Below, one piece after another: positions 29,562 to 43,536 of a stretch of DNA of 64,000 nucleotides; within the stretch, counting starts at the first letter, position 1, and each line of letters starts with the position of its first letter. The stretch is from positions 83,638,001 through 83,702,000 of the forward strand of contig OZ024743.1 of the NCBI GenBank assembly GCA_964016885.1, in the 5' to 3' direction. The notes beneath the pieces were generated by a model that was given only the letters and a program-made list of their open reading frames with translations, ran no database searches and had not been told where the DNA came from. The stretch comes from Eledone cirrhosa. Taxonomy: Eukaryota. The position numbers were made by a program, and so were the translations under genes.

Positions 29562-30443
29562 GTTTCGCCTCACAAAAGATTGGAAATCCAAGGGACTTCC
29601 AATGGAAAGTTCGGCTCTTCAGAAAGCATTTTCCCTTACATAGGACATAAAGTCCCACAGACTGCAAATATATTGTCTTCAGCCAGCTAGTGCAGGATCG
29701 AATGGGGCCGTAAACGTGACCTACACGTGAACTGGTCGTTATTAGAAGCGGGAGTAATAGCATAGACGTGTTGTATGCCACACCACTAAAAATAGCAACT
29801 CGGTAGACGACGGATTTTTTCTCGAAGTCCCTTGGATTTCCAATCTTTTGTGATGCGAACCGTCGGTAAAAGCAATATGGATAGGTAAATATTTAAATTA
29901 TATTTTTTGAATTTATTTTGAAGGATTGTTTAAATTTTGCTTGTCTCGCTTATCTTAATTTTATAGTTCTGGTATGTCAAATAAATATAATTGAACAACA
30001 ACTGTATCATAGAGACCCTATATATTTCCAAGGGTACTTGGTGCCTGTGTGGATATTGATCTCATTTTATGTATATTCACCTATGTGTAGAAAAAATCCG
30101 TCGTATACCTAGTTGCTATTTTTAGTGGTGTGGCAGACAACACGTTACTCCCGCTTCTAATAACGACCAGTTCACGTGTAAGTCACGTTTACGGCCCCAT
30201 TCGATCCTGCTCTAGCTGGCTGAAGGCAATATATTTGCTGGCTGTGGGACTTTATGTCCTATGTAAGGGAAAATGATTTCTGAAGAGCCGAACTTTCCAT
30301 TGGAAGTCCCTTGGATTTCCAATCTTTTGTGAGGCTAAACCGTCGGTAGAAGCAATATGGATAGGTAAATATTTAAATTATATTTTTTGAATTTATTTTG
30401 AAGGATTGTTTAAATTTTGCTTGTCCCGCTTATCTCAATTTTA
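29562..30443 (+). mobile_element. Retrozyme-like ~480-nt non-coding unit with 5' inversion
   Basis: 29823..29963 repeats at 30302..30443; 29562..29822 is inverted 30089..30340; hammerhead at 30274..30354. Confidence 0.7.
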
Positions 30444-30479
30444 TGAATATATGTATGTATATTAATAGATATATAGATA

Positions 30480-32380
30480 GATATCTTTCTTTATTTGCCA
30501 CAGGGGTCTACAAAAATGGGACATTACAAGACGTGACAGCGGGGGTTTTACATAAAATCTTTAACAATGATGAATAACAATAAACTATATATAAAATAAA
30601 ACAATCGAAATCCCCATTAGGGGGGAATGCTACTGCAGGGTTGTTTTACACCCCGTGGATAGAACAACCCTCAACACCGGGAACACGTTTTGTAGGTGTT
30701 CCCGTCTTCCCTCTGTTTATCTTCCTCAACCTACAGGTTTATATACAGAGAAGGCCCATTCACTCGGGTCATTTTTGCCACATTCACCCACCTTTCAGCG
30801 AATTTACTGGGATGTAGTACCTCTCTCTCCACTCTCACCTTCCTTCTGAAGTGATACTTAAAGAAGGGGATAAGTTGTTGTCCGGAGAGAAAGGTGTTTG
30901 GCCTCAGTCCTTTTAACCTCGTCCACCATAATACCTCTTTCGCCATAGCCACCAGACAGAGGAAAACCACCTCTCATTCGTTCTTAAATGAAGGCGGCGG
31001 AGTGACCCTCACGATGGACTCGGCTGACAACTGAATGCGTCCCACACGTGACAGCAGCTGTTCGACATAATTCCATAGATCGGTCACCCCTGGGCACTGA
31101 ACAATTGCGTGCAGAACGGTTTCGATGTCCTGCTCGCATCTTGGATGGGTCCTTTTGGCAGAATCTCTGCCAGGGCGTCCGTGCCTGTAGATTTAGTCTC
31201 GAACTGGTAGAGCTCCTCGGTAGCACTGCCAGGCCAGAGACCTCTGGAAGTTATCCATAGGCCCTGGACGGAAAGTCCTCCCGAACAGACCGGTCAGTTC
31301 GTTCTCCTCGATGCCTAGAGTTTCCCCGAGAACGTCGTCGCACCTATCCTCCACATACAGAATGGAGGAGAGAGGGCATCCCTGGCGGATAGAACGCATG
31401 ATTTGGAATGGCTCTGATAGGTAGCCATTTACCTTGACTACCGAGCAGATGCTGGTGTGCATGGCAGTGATCCAGCCTCTGAAGACGGGACCGAAGCCGG
31501 CCGCCTTGAGAACTGCTTCCAAGTATTGATGGTCGATCCTATCAAATGCCTTAGACTGATCTAAATTGATCAGAGCCCCACCGAAGCCAGGTTTACACCC
31601 TACCCTCTCTATGATGTATCGCATGAAATCGAGGTTGTCGTGTATGGACCTGATCGGGATTGCACACGTTTGGGCTTCCCCTACCAGGTTCTCGACGACA
31701 AGCGCCAGCCTTGCTGCTAACACCTGGGCCAAAATCTTTAACTCTGTGTTGAGCAGTTATGGGCCTGAAATTGCTTATCTCATCCCCCTTGTTCTCATCT
31801 TTCCTGATCAGCGTTACTACGCCTCTGCCTACAGAACTGGGAATCCTCCCGTTCTGCTGCCAGTTGCAGTAGACCGCTTCGAGGACGCCAGAGAACAAGT
31901 CTGACAAACCTATGTAAAACTCATAGGGTATACCATCTAAACCGGGTGATTTGTGTTTCCCGCAGCGGCCTAGGGCATCTTCTATTTCGCCCGCTGTGAT
32001 CGGCCTTTCGCAGTTCTCTGCATCCGTGCTCGAGAGTCGCGGTACGCCGTCGAGGTAGGAGCTGAAGTCCATCACCTCGCTTTGCCCGAACAGTTGTACA
32101 AAATGCTGCTGGAAGGCCGTGCACATCTGCTTGAATTCAAGTATAATGCGTCCATCTTTGTCTTGCAAAGACCGAATTGTGGATTTGTTGCCACTTTTCG
32201 CTTCTGCCACTCGGGTCCAGCTAACAGCTTTGGCTCCCTCCTTTCTTAGAGCACGTGTTCTACTTCTAACAATACAACCTTCGTGTTTCACGTTGAAGAA
32301 CTGGTCTAGTGCAGTTCTCGCCGCTAGCACGTCAGCTGTACTGCCATTTCTAAGTGCCTCTTCTATTTTCGCTAGATAGA
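30480..32380 (-). mobile_element. Tx1/L1-clade non-LTR retrotransposon, truncated and internally deleted
   Basis: KSPGLDGIPYEFY, NFRPIT, QTCAIP.RSIHDN, LDQSKAFDRIDH, IRQGCPLS, then jump to C-terminal LAWQCYRGALPV; 3' end abuts (GATA)n. Confidence 0.85.
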
Positions 32381-33299
32381 TCAGTAGTTGAGTTGTATTT
32401 AGTGGTACAACTTCTAAGAGAAGGAGAAGACAATACATGTTCCTCCAAGAATAAGATATTACGGCGGGATTCGAAAGTGACCAATAGTTTCAAACAGTGC
32501 AATTACATCCTGAAAGAATCATTTTAGCCTTCAAAAAAAAAACATACAAAAACAATATATTTTATTTATTTATATATTTATTTATTTATATCAGAATGTT
32601 CGTCGCACCGGCTGTGACTTGGACTCTAATATAGTTCCACTGTAGCAGTTGCAATGGAACTTTAGCAGTGACCAAATTTCAAACAGTGCGACGAAAAGTT
32701 TAACATTGAGAAATAAATGATAATTAAAAAATTTTTTTTTTAGAGTATAAACATCTTTATTTTTTTATTATCTGTTATACATAAATATATTATGTCAACT
32801 ATATTTTACCAAGAGAAGTTATATAATAATGGGGAATATTTTATTATCTATTGTTATACTTTGGGAGGGTCATGTTGCCAATAAAAACACACGCACCTGC
32901 TGATTTTCACTTCAATTTATTATAAGTTTCGGTTGGTTGGTTGGTTCGATAACTGTAGGGTTGTTTATATATTGCAAAGCTCTTTCGTCACGCATTCTGT
33001 GACCTCCTTGGTGACAAGTTTTTTATTATGTGTTATACATAAATATATTATGCCAACTATATTTTACAAAAAGAAGTTATATAATAATTGAAATATGAAA
33101 AAGATGGATAAAAACAAAATTAAGTAATGGTAAAAGGGGGCGGGTAAAGAAAGGCAGATGTGGCTGTTTGAGAAAGAAAAGGAAAGGACTATAAATGCGA
33201 TAAAAGAGAGGAAACGGAAGGAAAAAGCAAGGATTATTAGGCTACGGGAGAAAGTGAAGTTACTCGTTTGTTTTGTGTGGTGTTAGTGTTTTTCTTTTA

Positions 33300-33650
33300 T
33301 AGATAGGTAGGTTGATATGTTAGTTGTTATGTTGGTAGGTAGGTAGGTAGGTATGTAAGTGGGTAGGTAGATAGATAGGTAGGTATGTAAGTGGGTAGGT
33401 AGGTAGGTTGGTTGTTAGGTTGGTGGGTAGGTAGGTAGGTAGGTAGGTATGTAGGTGGGTAGGTAGGTATGTACGTGGATAGGTAGGTATGTAGGTGGGT
33501 AGGTACGTAGATAGGTAGGTACGTAGATAGGTAGGTACGTAAGTGGGTAGGTAGGTAGATTAGTTGGTAGGTAGATAGGTAAGTATGTATGTGGGTAGGT
33601 AGGTAGGTAGGTAGGTAGGTAGGTAGGTAGGTAGGTAGGTAGGTTGGTAG
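33300..33650. repeat. (GGTA)n tetranucleotide tract
   Basis: Direct reading. Confidence 0.95.
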
Positions 33651-33651
33651 G

Positions 33652-34037
33652 TACTTTCGGGTCCCAAATAATAGGGGGTTGGAACAAGCAGGGGGAGGGG
33701 ACTTGGAAAATCGATAATTTTTCTAAGTTGTCTCCGTTGATTTATTTTAAAAACCAGAATTATTCGTTTACTTTACATATTGAGACCCCAAGCCATCCTA
33801 TTTATTTTATAATGTATGAGATTTCTAGTAATGTACTTTTGGGTCATGTATAATGTTTTTTAATGTCTAAATAAAATTAATTATCGTAGGAATGCTAGCA
33901 CTTGAAATAAAACTTCGCCTGAGATAGATTACCAAAATTTAATAAGCGGGTGGAATGGGGTGGAATAAGAGCGGGGAGGGGTGGAAAAAATCTGAAAAAT
34001 TAACAAGCGGGTAGAGGATGATTATTCGAGAGTAGGT
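33652..34037. mobile_element. Possible old non-autonomous DNA transposon
   Basis: Weak terminal similarity TACT..CCCAAATAATAG / ATTATTCGAGAGTA and internal AATAAG.GGGG repeats. Confidence 0.35.
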
Positions 34038-34284
34038 ATAAAATATGATGTAAAAGACTCGCAAGAAATAGCTAATGTCACAGCAACTTTAGGTAAAGCT
34101 TTGGTTAATGGCCAAGTAGATGACGAGAGAAAATGTTGAGTATGATGAAGGTAGAGATGATAATGATGATGAAGATAATGGTGATGAAGATAATGGTGAT
34201 GGTGAAGATGGTGATGATGATGATGATAAGAATGATGTAGATAGGAACGGTGAAGATAATAGTTATTATTACTATGAGGGTGGT

Positions 34285-34808
34285 GGTGGATTGGCAGTAT
34301 CGGTAGAAGGTCGGACGCCATGCTTTGCAGCAAAGAGTTACGTCCCTTTATCATCTGAGTTCAAATCCCGCCGAGGTTAACTTTGCCTTTCATCCTTACA
34401 GGGTCGATAAAATAAAGTACCAGTAATGCACTGGGGTAGATTTAATCGACTTTCTGGCCTTGTGCCAACAGTAGAAACAATTATTACTATGAGGATAAGA
34501 ATGATGACGATGGGGATGGGGATGATGCTGAAAATGATTATTATTATTATTGTTATGAGGGTGGTGGATTGGCAGTATCGGTAGAGCGCCGGACCACATG
34601 CTTTGCAACATAGAGGTATGGCCCTTTACATGCTGAGTTGAAATCTCGCCGAGGTTAGCTTTGCCTTTCATCTTTACGGGGTCGATAACATAAAGTACCA
34701 GTAATGCAATGAGGTCGATTTAATCGACTTTCCCCTCTCCCCAAATTGCTGGCCTTGTGCCTATAGTAGAAATGTTTATGAGGATAAAGATGATGACGAT
34801 GGTGTTGG

Positions 34809-34849
<41 letters not shown>

Positions 34850-34927
34850 TTGGTGATGATGATGATGATGGTGTTGGTGATGATGGTGGTGATGATGGTG
34901 ATGATGGTGATGATGATGATGGTGGTG

Positions 34928-34959
<32 letters not shown>

Positions 34960-35250
34960 GATGATGATGGTGGTGATGATGATGATGATGTTGGTGATGA
35001 TTATAAGGATGAAGATTATTATCATTGTTATAACGATGACAATGATTATGATGATGATGATGGTGATGATGATTATTATTATTATTATTATTATCACCAT
35101 GCTTTGAAGCGTAGAGTTACGTCCCTTTACGGTCTGAGTTCAAATCCCGCCGAGGTTAACTTTGCCTTTCATTCTTACGGGGGTCGATAAAATAAAGTAC
35201 CAGTAATGTACTGGGTCTTTGCTGGCCTTGTGCCTAAAGTAGAAACAATT
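34285..35250 (+). mobile_element. Head-to-tail array of three tRNA-derived SINEs separated by (GAT)n/(ATT)n
   Basis: GGATTGGCAGTATCGGTAGA..GAGTTCAAATCCCGCCGAGGTTAACTTTGCCTTTCATCC..GGCCTTGTGCC repeated (third copy 5'-truncated). Confidence 0.85.
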
Positions 35251-36229
35251 ATTATTATTATAAGGATGAAGATTCTTACTATTATGATGACGATGACGAT
35301 GATGATTATGATGATGATTACCATTATGATGACGATGATAATGATTATGATGATTATGATGATTATGATGATGATGATGATAAAAAAGATGATAATGATA
35401 AAAAGGATATGATGAAAAGGATGATGACACTGATGGCAAAGATAATGATAATGATGATAGTGATGGTGATGAAATGATGAAGATGCTATTATCATATTAC
35501 AATGGTGACACGAATCTCAGAGATTTATTTAGAATCTGAGGGAGATATGGAGACCTACATTTTATTGGCTATTTTCTTCATGTTTTGAGTTCAGATTCCA
35601 CCGAGGTGCATTATATATACATATATAAAGATGGTGATGATGATGGTGATGGTGATGATGGTGATGGTGATGTTGGTGATGGTGATGGTGATGTTGGTGG
35701 TGGTGATGATGGTGGTGGTGGTGGTGGTAATGATGGTGGTGGTGATGATGGTGGTGATGATGGTGGTGGTGGTGATGATGGTGGTGGTGATGATGGTGGT
35801 GATGATGGAGGTGGCGGTGATGATGGTGGTGATGGTGTTGGTGATTGTGATGTTGGTGGTGGTGATGATGGTGGTGGTGATGATGGTGATGGTGATGGGG
35901 ATTGTGATGTTGGTGGTGGTGATGATGGTGGTGGTGATGGTAATGATGGTGGTGGTGATGATGGAGGTGGTGGTGATGATGGTGGTGGTGATGATGGTGG
36001 TGATGATGGAGGTGGTGGTGATGATGGTGGTGATGATGGTGGTGGTGATGATGGTGATGGGATGATGGTGATGATGGTGGTGGTGGTGATGATGGTGATG
36101 ATGATGGTGATGATGGTGATGATGATGATGGTGGTGGTGATGAAGATAAGGATTATATAGATACAAATGGTGAAGATAATAATTGTTTCTACTATTGGCA
36201 CAAGGCCAGCAATTACCCAGTACATTACT

Positions 36230-38320
36230 GGAGCCTTAGATATTCAGGAGGTATCGGAGGGTTCTTGATGTTGCCAGCAAGCATGCCTTTTGAAGTGTTC
36301 CTAAAAAGGGGCTGGACTAATGTTCTTTAAACATCCTTGAAAACTCTTCGAGATAGTACCTAGTGCCCCTATGACAATCGGGGCGACCTTGATTTCATGA
36401 CAATCCCAAAACCTTTTTAATTCCCACTTTAAATCCTGGTATCGGTTAATTTTCTCCCTCTCCTTTTCTTGCACTATCGTGTCAGGCTACATCTACAATC
36501 AGGCATGATCTGTTTTTCTTGTAAAAAACCACCAGGTCAGGCCTATTTTGTTCTAATTTCTTGTCTGTCTATATCCTGAAATCCCATAGCACCTTCACCT
36601 GATCGTGTTCTATCACCGACTCTGGCTTAAGCTCATACCACTTCTCAGAATGTGGTAAATTATTTAGTTTGCATAAATGCCAGTGAATCGCCTTTCCTAT
36701 CATATCATGCCTCCAACCTTTATAGTCTGGGATAGGTGTTTACACTCGGATATCATGTGAGCCACAGTCTCCTCTCACTCTCTCTCTCTCTCACTCTCTC
36801 TCTCTCTCTCCACAGATCCTACAGAGTGGGCTAGCCTCCGTCTTGTCAATATGGTGTTTCACCCACTTCGTTCTGAGGGCCTGCTGTTGTGCAGCCATTA
36901 GCATTCCTTCTGTAGCTTTTTTAAGGCCTCTTCTTTTTAACCAGCTCCATATCTGAATTCCGTTTTCTTACAAAAGGTGCTATGAAGGGATTTTTCATGA
37001 AGGTTGCTCTTCCTCCTTGTTGTTACTTCCTTTTTGGACATCCCCTGGTCTATTGTCTTCTCCTTCAGTACAACTTTGATCATTGGCTCCCTACACTCAG
37101 ACACATATTTATGCAGACTGTTTTTCTCCATCTAAACATTGTCCTCTATGCTGATAAGACCTCTTCCACCTTCAGATCTCCTTAAGTAGAGTCTATCAAC
37201 ATCACGCCTCTTGTGGAATATGCTGTATGTAGTCATTAGCTTCCTAGTCTTTCTATCCATTTCTTTTTGTTCAGTAACATTCCATTTCAGAATTCCCGCA
37301 CTGTACCTAATAATAGACACAGCTCGGGAATTTACTGCACTTATGACATTCCTACTATTTAGATGTGATTTTAGTATGTTCCTTACTCTCTTTATGTATT
37401 CAGATCTTATCAACTCCTTTATTTTATTGCTCTTGATGTCATCTGCCTCCAGAACATCCAAATATCTGTATCTCTCTTCAGTGTCAATTTCCTTCATCAT
37501 CTCATCCGTTGGTATCTGGATTCCGTTGCTTCTGTTCAATTTACCCCCTCTTCATCACTAGGACTCTACACTTATTAACACCAAAAATCCATTCATATAT
37601 CAGTACTGAAAATATGGACAATGTTAACAAGTACATCCAACTCCTCGCTTTTCCCAAAGAGTTTAAGATCGTCCATGAAGAGGAGGTAAGCCCTCCTCTT
37701 CCCAGCTTGTATCCTGCTCTCACTTTTCGCAATATGTGGGACAAGGGCATGAGGGTAAGAACAAACAACAAAGGGCATAAACTATCTCCTTGGAAGGTAC
37801 CTCTCTTGATCTTCACTCCTCCCAAGGATTCTTCACCTGATGTTAGCTCTGTTTCCCAGGACTTCATACTTTCACATAATAGCTGTCTGATGTTGTCTGC
37901 CACCTTGAAGATCTCTAGGCTTTTGGTTATCCAAGAATGAGGTACCATGTCGAATGCCTTCTTGTAATCTATCCGTCCCATGGCAAGACCAGTATGCCTA
38001 CTCTTGCAATTCCTATTACCATCTTATCAATAAGTCATTAGTACTTTGAACCACGGGACTTCTTTCGGCATCCTTTCTGTTCGCCCGGCAATAAGTTGTT
38101 TATGTGGAGGTGATAACAGATTTCCTCAGACACAATGCTTGTTAGCAGTTTCCACATTACGGAGAAGACATGTGATAGGCCTATAGTTGGTATCATCATT
38201 ACCCTTGATTCGGTCTTTCCTTACAAGAACTGTGGTACCTTTTGTCAACCACTCTGGTACTTCACCCGACACCAAGCAGTCATTGAACATGGCTGTCAGT
38301 TTGGAGTGGAGGGATGTTAT
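36230..38320 (-). mobile_element. R4/Dong-like non-LTR retrotransposon (RT, CCHC knuckle, restriction-like endonuclease), degenerate
   Basis: IDYKKAFDMVPHSWI, FQGDSLCPLLF, LFMDDLKLF, DVDRLYLRRSEGGRGLISIE, SPLCRICGE..TVAHMISEC, WDF..TD..RPDLVV. Confidence 0.8.
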
Positions 38321-39344
38321 ATTTTTTTTTTATCGAATATCCTTGCACTAAAAAAAATGAAGGTAATGTATTGTTATGGATTCGCTCCCGTACGTTTATG
38401 TGTTTTTTTTTTAATATTTAAAGATTATTATTATTATTAGAATGCTTTGCAGTATTTAGTTAAGGCCCTTTACATTCTGTGTTCAAATCCCGCCGAGGTT
38501 AGCTTTGCCTTACATCCTTACGGGGCCGATGAAATAAAGTGGGGTTGATTTAATCGACTTTCCCCTCATACAAAATTGCTGGCCTTGTGTCAGGAATCGA
38601 ACCCACGACATTATGATCGTACGTCCAACACCCTTAACCAGTAGGCCACACGCCTCCACCTATTTTGTTTAGACTGTACTATATTCAAGACCACATTATA
38701 CAAAGTTTTCATCTTTAAAAATGGCAATGGTGTAAATTTGAGGGAAATGTTGATGCTATTACTAGCACATCGTCCAACTACGTCGGGTTGTGATATGATG
38801 ATGCTATATTATGATGTGTCAATTGTCTATTTTTGGATCTCATATGCTGGGATGTATCATAAGGATGTTTATGTTATGATGTTATATATGTTATGGTATG
38901 TCACCTATCAATGCCATAATGTTATTTCTTATGATGTGCCAGTTATCTGTTACGATATGATCTGCCTACGTCATCTGTCTACGTCATGATGCTGCCATGT
39001 CTTATGGATAGGCCATCTGCCTATCCCTATTGTGCTATTATCTTTTATGATAACCCATCTGTCTATGTTATTGTGCTATTGTATGCTATGATATGCCATC
39101 TTTCTTTATTATTAAGCTGAAAGTTATGATATATCAGATGTCTATGTTATGATGTTTCATAAGGATGCCTATGTTATGTTATAATATGACATCTGTCTAC
39201 GCCATGATGTTGATGTGTCAGCTGTTTACGTCATGGTGTCTCTATGGCATAATCTATGATCTCACTTTATGGTATAATGTATTATTTCTATAGTAAGATA
39301 TCTCTCTATGGTATGATGTGACTCTATGGCATAACGTCTCGATC

Positions 39345-39610
39345 GTGGGTGTTCATCATACCGGTGCTTATTTCGGTTTCCTCGGCGTTAAGCAACTAAA
39401 ACTAACAAAATCCTCTTGGACAGGACGCTAGTCCATCTCTGGGTAAACTCCCAGCTTCTGCTGATACTCATTTTCAGCTGAGTGTACTGGGGCAACGTTA
39501 AATGAAGTGTTTTTGTCCAAGAACACAATGCACCACCCGGCCTCGTAATCGAGCCAACAACATTACGATCGTACGTCTAATACACTAACCACTAGGACAA
39601 CACACTTTCA
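39345..39610 (-). mobile_element. Second tRNA-derived SINE family
   Basis: CTAGTGGTTAG A-box, GGCTCGATT B-box, CCAGTACACTCAGCTG..GATGGACTAGCGTCCTGTCCA central domain; related head at ~38590..38660. Confidence 0.7.
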
Positions 39611-40299
39611 TATTTAAACTTGCCTACTGTTTATACTACTTAAGATGGCGTTACTTACTACCATAAACCTTCCATAGGGTCTGTTGGAACCCAACAAGCA
39701 AAGCTGATTAAATTTGTTTGTCAGTGCGCAGTTAGATTTCAATGGCGCAGTGGATAATATACGAGTATGTGTAAAATTATCGGAATATAACTTGTGTAAA
39801 GAAAAGGACACTTGAGTTGTGTCTATCGAGTTAAATGGTGTCGTTTACAGTCTCATTTCCAGTCTCAGTTAGAAAATCATTAAATAATGATTTAATATCC
39901 TTGCAACAATAACAAGACTAACATTTCACTATCTTTTATCTTACAAAATTTTTGATGGACATTTATTTTATCTTGAAACACAAAAATACAGCATGAAATC
40001 TCAGTATAACGCATGTATGTATGTAGATGTGTGTGTGTATGTGTATGTATATATGTGTGTGTATATGTGTGTATGTATGTGTATGTATGTGTGTGTATAT
40101 ATAGGTGTGTGGATGTGTGTATGTATGTGTATATACATGTGTGCGTGTGTGTGTGTAATGGGTTTTTGTGGGTGTGCCCTGCTAACTACCCAGTAAAACG
40201 CCATCGGATATAAAAATATTAGGTTCGCAAACATTATTATTATTATTGTTATTAACAACATCAATAAAATAATAACAATAATGATAATAATGATGATTT

Positions 40300-40865
40300 C
40301 TAGTATAGGCACAAGGCCAGTAATTTGGGGGGAGGGGAAAGTCGATTAAATGGACCCCAGTGCATTACTGGTGCTTTATTTTATCGACCTCGTAAGGATG
40401 AAAGGCAAAGTTAACCTCGGCGGGATTTGAACTCAGAACGTAAAGGGCCGGTATTCTGTGCTGCAAAGCATAGCGTCCGACCCTCTACTGATACTGCTAA
40501 TCCACCATAATAATTGTTTCTACGTTTGGCACAAGGCCAACAAATACCCAGTGCATTACTGGTACTTTATTTTATCGACCCCGTAAGGATGAAAGGCAAA
40601 GTTAACCTCGGCGGAATTTGAACTCAGAATGGCAAGGGCGGTAACTCTATACGTCAAAGCATGGCGTCCGACCCTCTACTGATACTGCCAATCCACCGCC
40701 CCAAATCCACCATAATAATAATAATGATTTCTACTTTAGGCACAAGGCCAATAATTTTTTGGGGGAAAGGAGTAGATTAAATTGAATCCAGTTCATTACT
40801 GGTACTTTATTTTATCGGCCCCGTAAGGATGAAAAGCAAAGTTAACCTTGGCGGGATTTGAACTC
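40300..40865 (-). mobile_element. Head-to-tail array of three SINEs (same family as 34285..35250)
   Basis: Reverse-complement copies. Confidence 0.85.
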
Positions 40866-41354
40866 TTATTGTGTAAGATATGTAGGGTGTAATACAGCAG
40901 TGTAGTGGGGAGAAACACAGAAATAAAAGCAACAATAATAACAATAACAGCAACAACAACCGTGTAACAACAACAACAAAAACAGTGTAACAACAACAAT
41001 AGTATAACAACGACATCAACATCAGTGTGACAACAACTACCAGTATCTGGATTAAACCGTCTCTTCAATTAAAAAATGGTTATATAAAAGCAGAGGACCT
41101 CAAACAGGCTGCCCGCGGGTCACAAACAGCGCGCAGGCTGCATATGGCCCGCAAATTACTTTTTCATGGCCCACAACAGAACATTTTCCTAATATTTGGT
41201 AATTTGTCTCCCGCCCCTTCCATACTTTTTGCAGCAGCAGCAATGTTAAGCTTGACCTGCTAACCTAATGTAAATAGACAATCAATTTTAAGATCAGCCA
41301 GGGTCTAACCATGGCTCTGGAAGAAAAATGTCATCAATTTTATTTGTACATGTA

Positions 41355-41666
41355 CAATGGAACTTCGTTTCACGAACGCATCGCATCACAACCAAATTGG
41401 TCCACAAATAATTTTTCTGTACATAAAACGTCTCAAGTCACGAACGGTGACTCCATTAATAAATCTGGTAGTATCGACGGGAAAGTGACTCTTGCTGTGT
41501 AGTTAGTAACAATATTGATATCTATCTATCTTTTACACAGTTTCTCTCTCTCACTGTATTTTTCTATCGCCATTTCGTATGAAAGAAAATAGTTTTGGTA
41601 TACGAATATTTCGGGTGGCGAACAGCTTTCAGGAACGAACTAAGTTCGTGAACCGAGGTCCCACAG
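41355..41666. mobile_element. pogo/Tigger-like MITE
   Basis: TA-CAATGGAACTTCGTTTCACGAAC / GTTCGTGAACCGAGGTCCCACAG-TA TIRs; similar TIR end at ~62170..62202. Confidence 0.7.
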
Positions 41667-41779
41667 TAATTTGTTTCTTGGTTTGAATTTTAAAACATTT
41701 TCTAAAAATCTGAATTTAAAATCTTGCTGTTGTTTTTCCTATTTTAATAAAACTCGCTTTTAATAAAAACAGCTCGAAA

Positions 41780-42030
41780 GTGACACAGAGGAGACTGAGG
41801 TTAGCTGGACATGCTCACCGACATCCAGAGTTGACACTGTACTCAGTGCTCCTGTGGGAGCCCCTGCATAGACACACTGGAAGAGGAAGACCGAGGTTAA
41901 TATATGTTGATGCCCTAAGGACATACACTGGTCTCTTGGAGACGCAGGACATGGCAGTGATAATGAGGGACAGAGACCGCTGGAGAGAACTCGTCCATGG
42001 ATCTCGGGAATTTTATCCGCCCTAGATAGA
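41780..42030 (+). pseudogene. RTE-like LINE 3' fragment
   Basis: RRLRLAGHAHRHPE..LLWEP..GRGRPRL.YVD.L..DRDRWR. Confidence 0.7.
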
Positions 42031-42457
42031 TACCTCTAAAATAGGCGTCATATTAGCAAAGATGTTAGATCTTCAGATAGAATGCTTCAGAATATACACT
42101 CCTAGTCTCTGTATTCTGCGTTCAAATCCCACTGAGAATCTAAAAATGGCGTAGACATTACAATAGAAGGAAACATAATAGTACCACTGATGATGTCACA
42201 CGTGTGTGATGAAAGAACTTTGATACACTATATATATATATTTATATTTATATCTGTATTTTTAACCGTTGGTCAATCAATGAGAAACACTAATTATGGG
42301 AGAACTCAATGCGTGGGGAGATGCAGAGTTGGTATAAAGATTTGCAAAATCCCAACCGCGGCGCCAACCGTCTGTGTGCGTGGGGTTGGGTGTGAATATA
42401 TGCGCATGTGTATGTATATTAATATACACTTCTGTATATAGCAGTCTGACGTACATA

Positions 42458-42534
<77 letters not shown>

Positions 42535-42670
42535 ACTAGGAACTGGGTTTATGGTGAATGTACTAAATAAGATCTTCCACTATGAAGCATCCTCTGACTC
42601 AACTGTCAGTATTTACAACCATATCTTGATGTCGTCAGCACATTTTAACACATTTAACCAACGCCAACAT

Positions 42671-42712
<42 letters not shown>

Positions 42713-42767
42713 CATACACACATATATATATATATGTGTGTGTGTGTATGAATATATGTATGAATGC

Positions 42768-42800
<33 letters not shown>

Positions 42801-43013
42801 TGTATGTATGTATGTATGTATGTATGTATGTATGAATGCATATATGTATGTATGTATAAATGGATTTATTATGAATGAGATAGACCTTTTTATTTCTACT
42901 ATTGATGAAGCTCTCGTTGGGTAAACGCTATAAAAGAATAAAAATAACGTTGTGTCGAACTCTTTGGTGCTAGAGGTAAAATAAACATAGGAAGCAATTA
43001 AATAAATATGTAG

Positions 43014-43090
<77 letters not shown>

Positions 43091-43130
43091 TTCATACATA
43101 TTTATAACTGCATTAACGTATACAACCATG

Positions 43131-43163
<33 letters not shown>

Positions 43164-43487
43164 ACATCCTTTTTCGTTTTTCCAAATGATACTCATGTTC
43201 GTGGGCGAATGTTTTTATGTTTACTGTACGCAATAAACTGGTCACTAAGTATGTGTGTGTATATATATATATATATAAATATATAGTATTAAGGATACTA
43301 TTTATGGTTATGTATATACTAAGACCTTTTATAGTTATATATATATTATACCCTAAATAGTGAAAGACAGTAATTTATTTCTATCTTATTACCAGTAAGA
43401 TAAAGAGCTCAATGTAATAACATCAGTTGTTTTACAGAGCAGTTATATAGAGATTACATGAAACAAAGTTTTGTTTAAATCATTTAT

Positions 43488-43536
43488 TTGCTTACAATTG
43501 TTTCTTCCAAACCGAGGTTTGGCTTCTTCAGAGCAA
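43488..43536 (-). ncRNA. Type I hammerhead ribozyme
   Basis: UUGCU-CUGAAGA-ag-CCAAAC/GUUUGG-aa-GAAAC-aauu-GUA-AGCAA; CCGAAGA copies at 43943..43991 (+) and 62937..62985 (+). Confidence 0.8.

Noticed and set aside
35585-36225. Gly/Asp-rich or SPPP-repeat ORFs
   Set aside because: (GAT/GGT)n simple repeat between SINE fragments
41090-41175. hAT-like terminal sequence (GGCCCGC motifs); Tc1-like TIR fragments at ~10941 and ~24250
   Set aside because: Partner ends and TSDs not identifiable
42890-42940. Additional degenerate hammerheads here and near 14520, 29330 and 53500
   Set aside because: Core incomplete or stems not pairable; too weak to call
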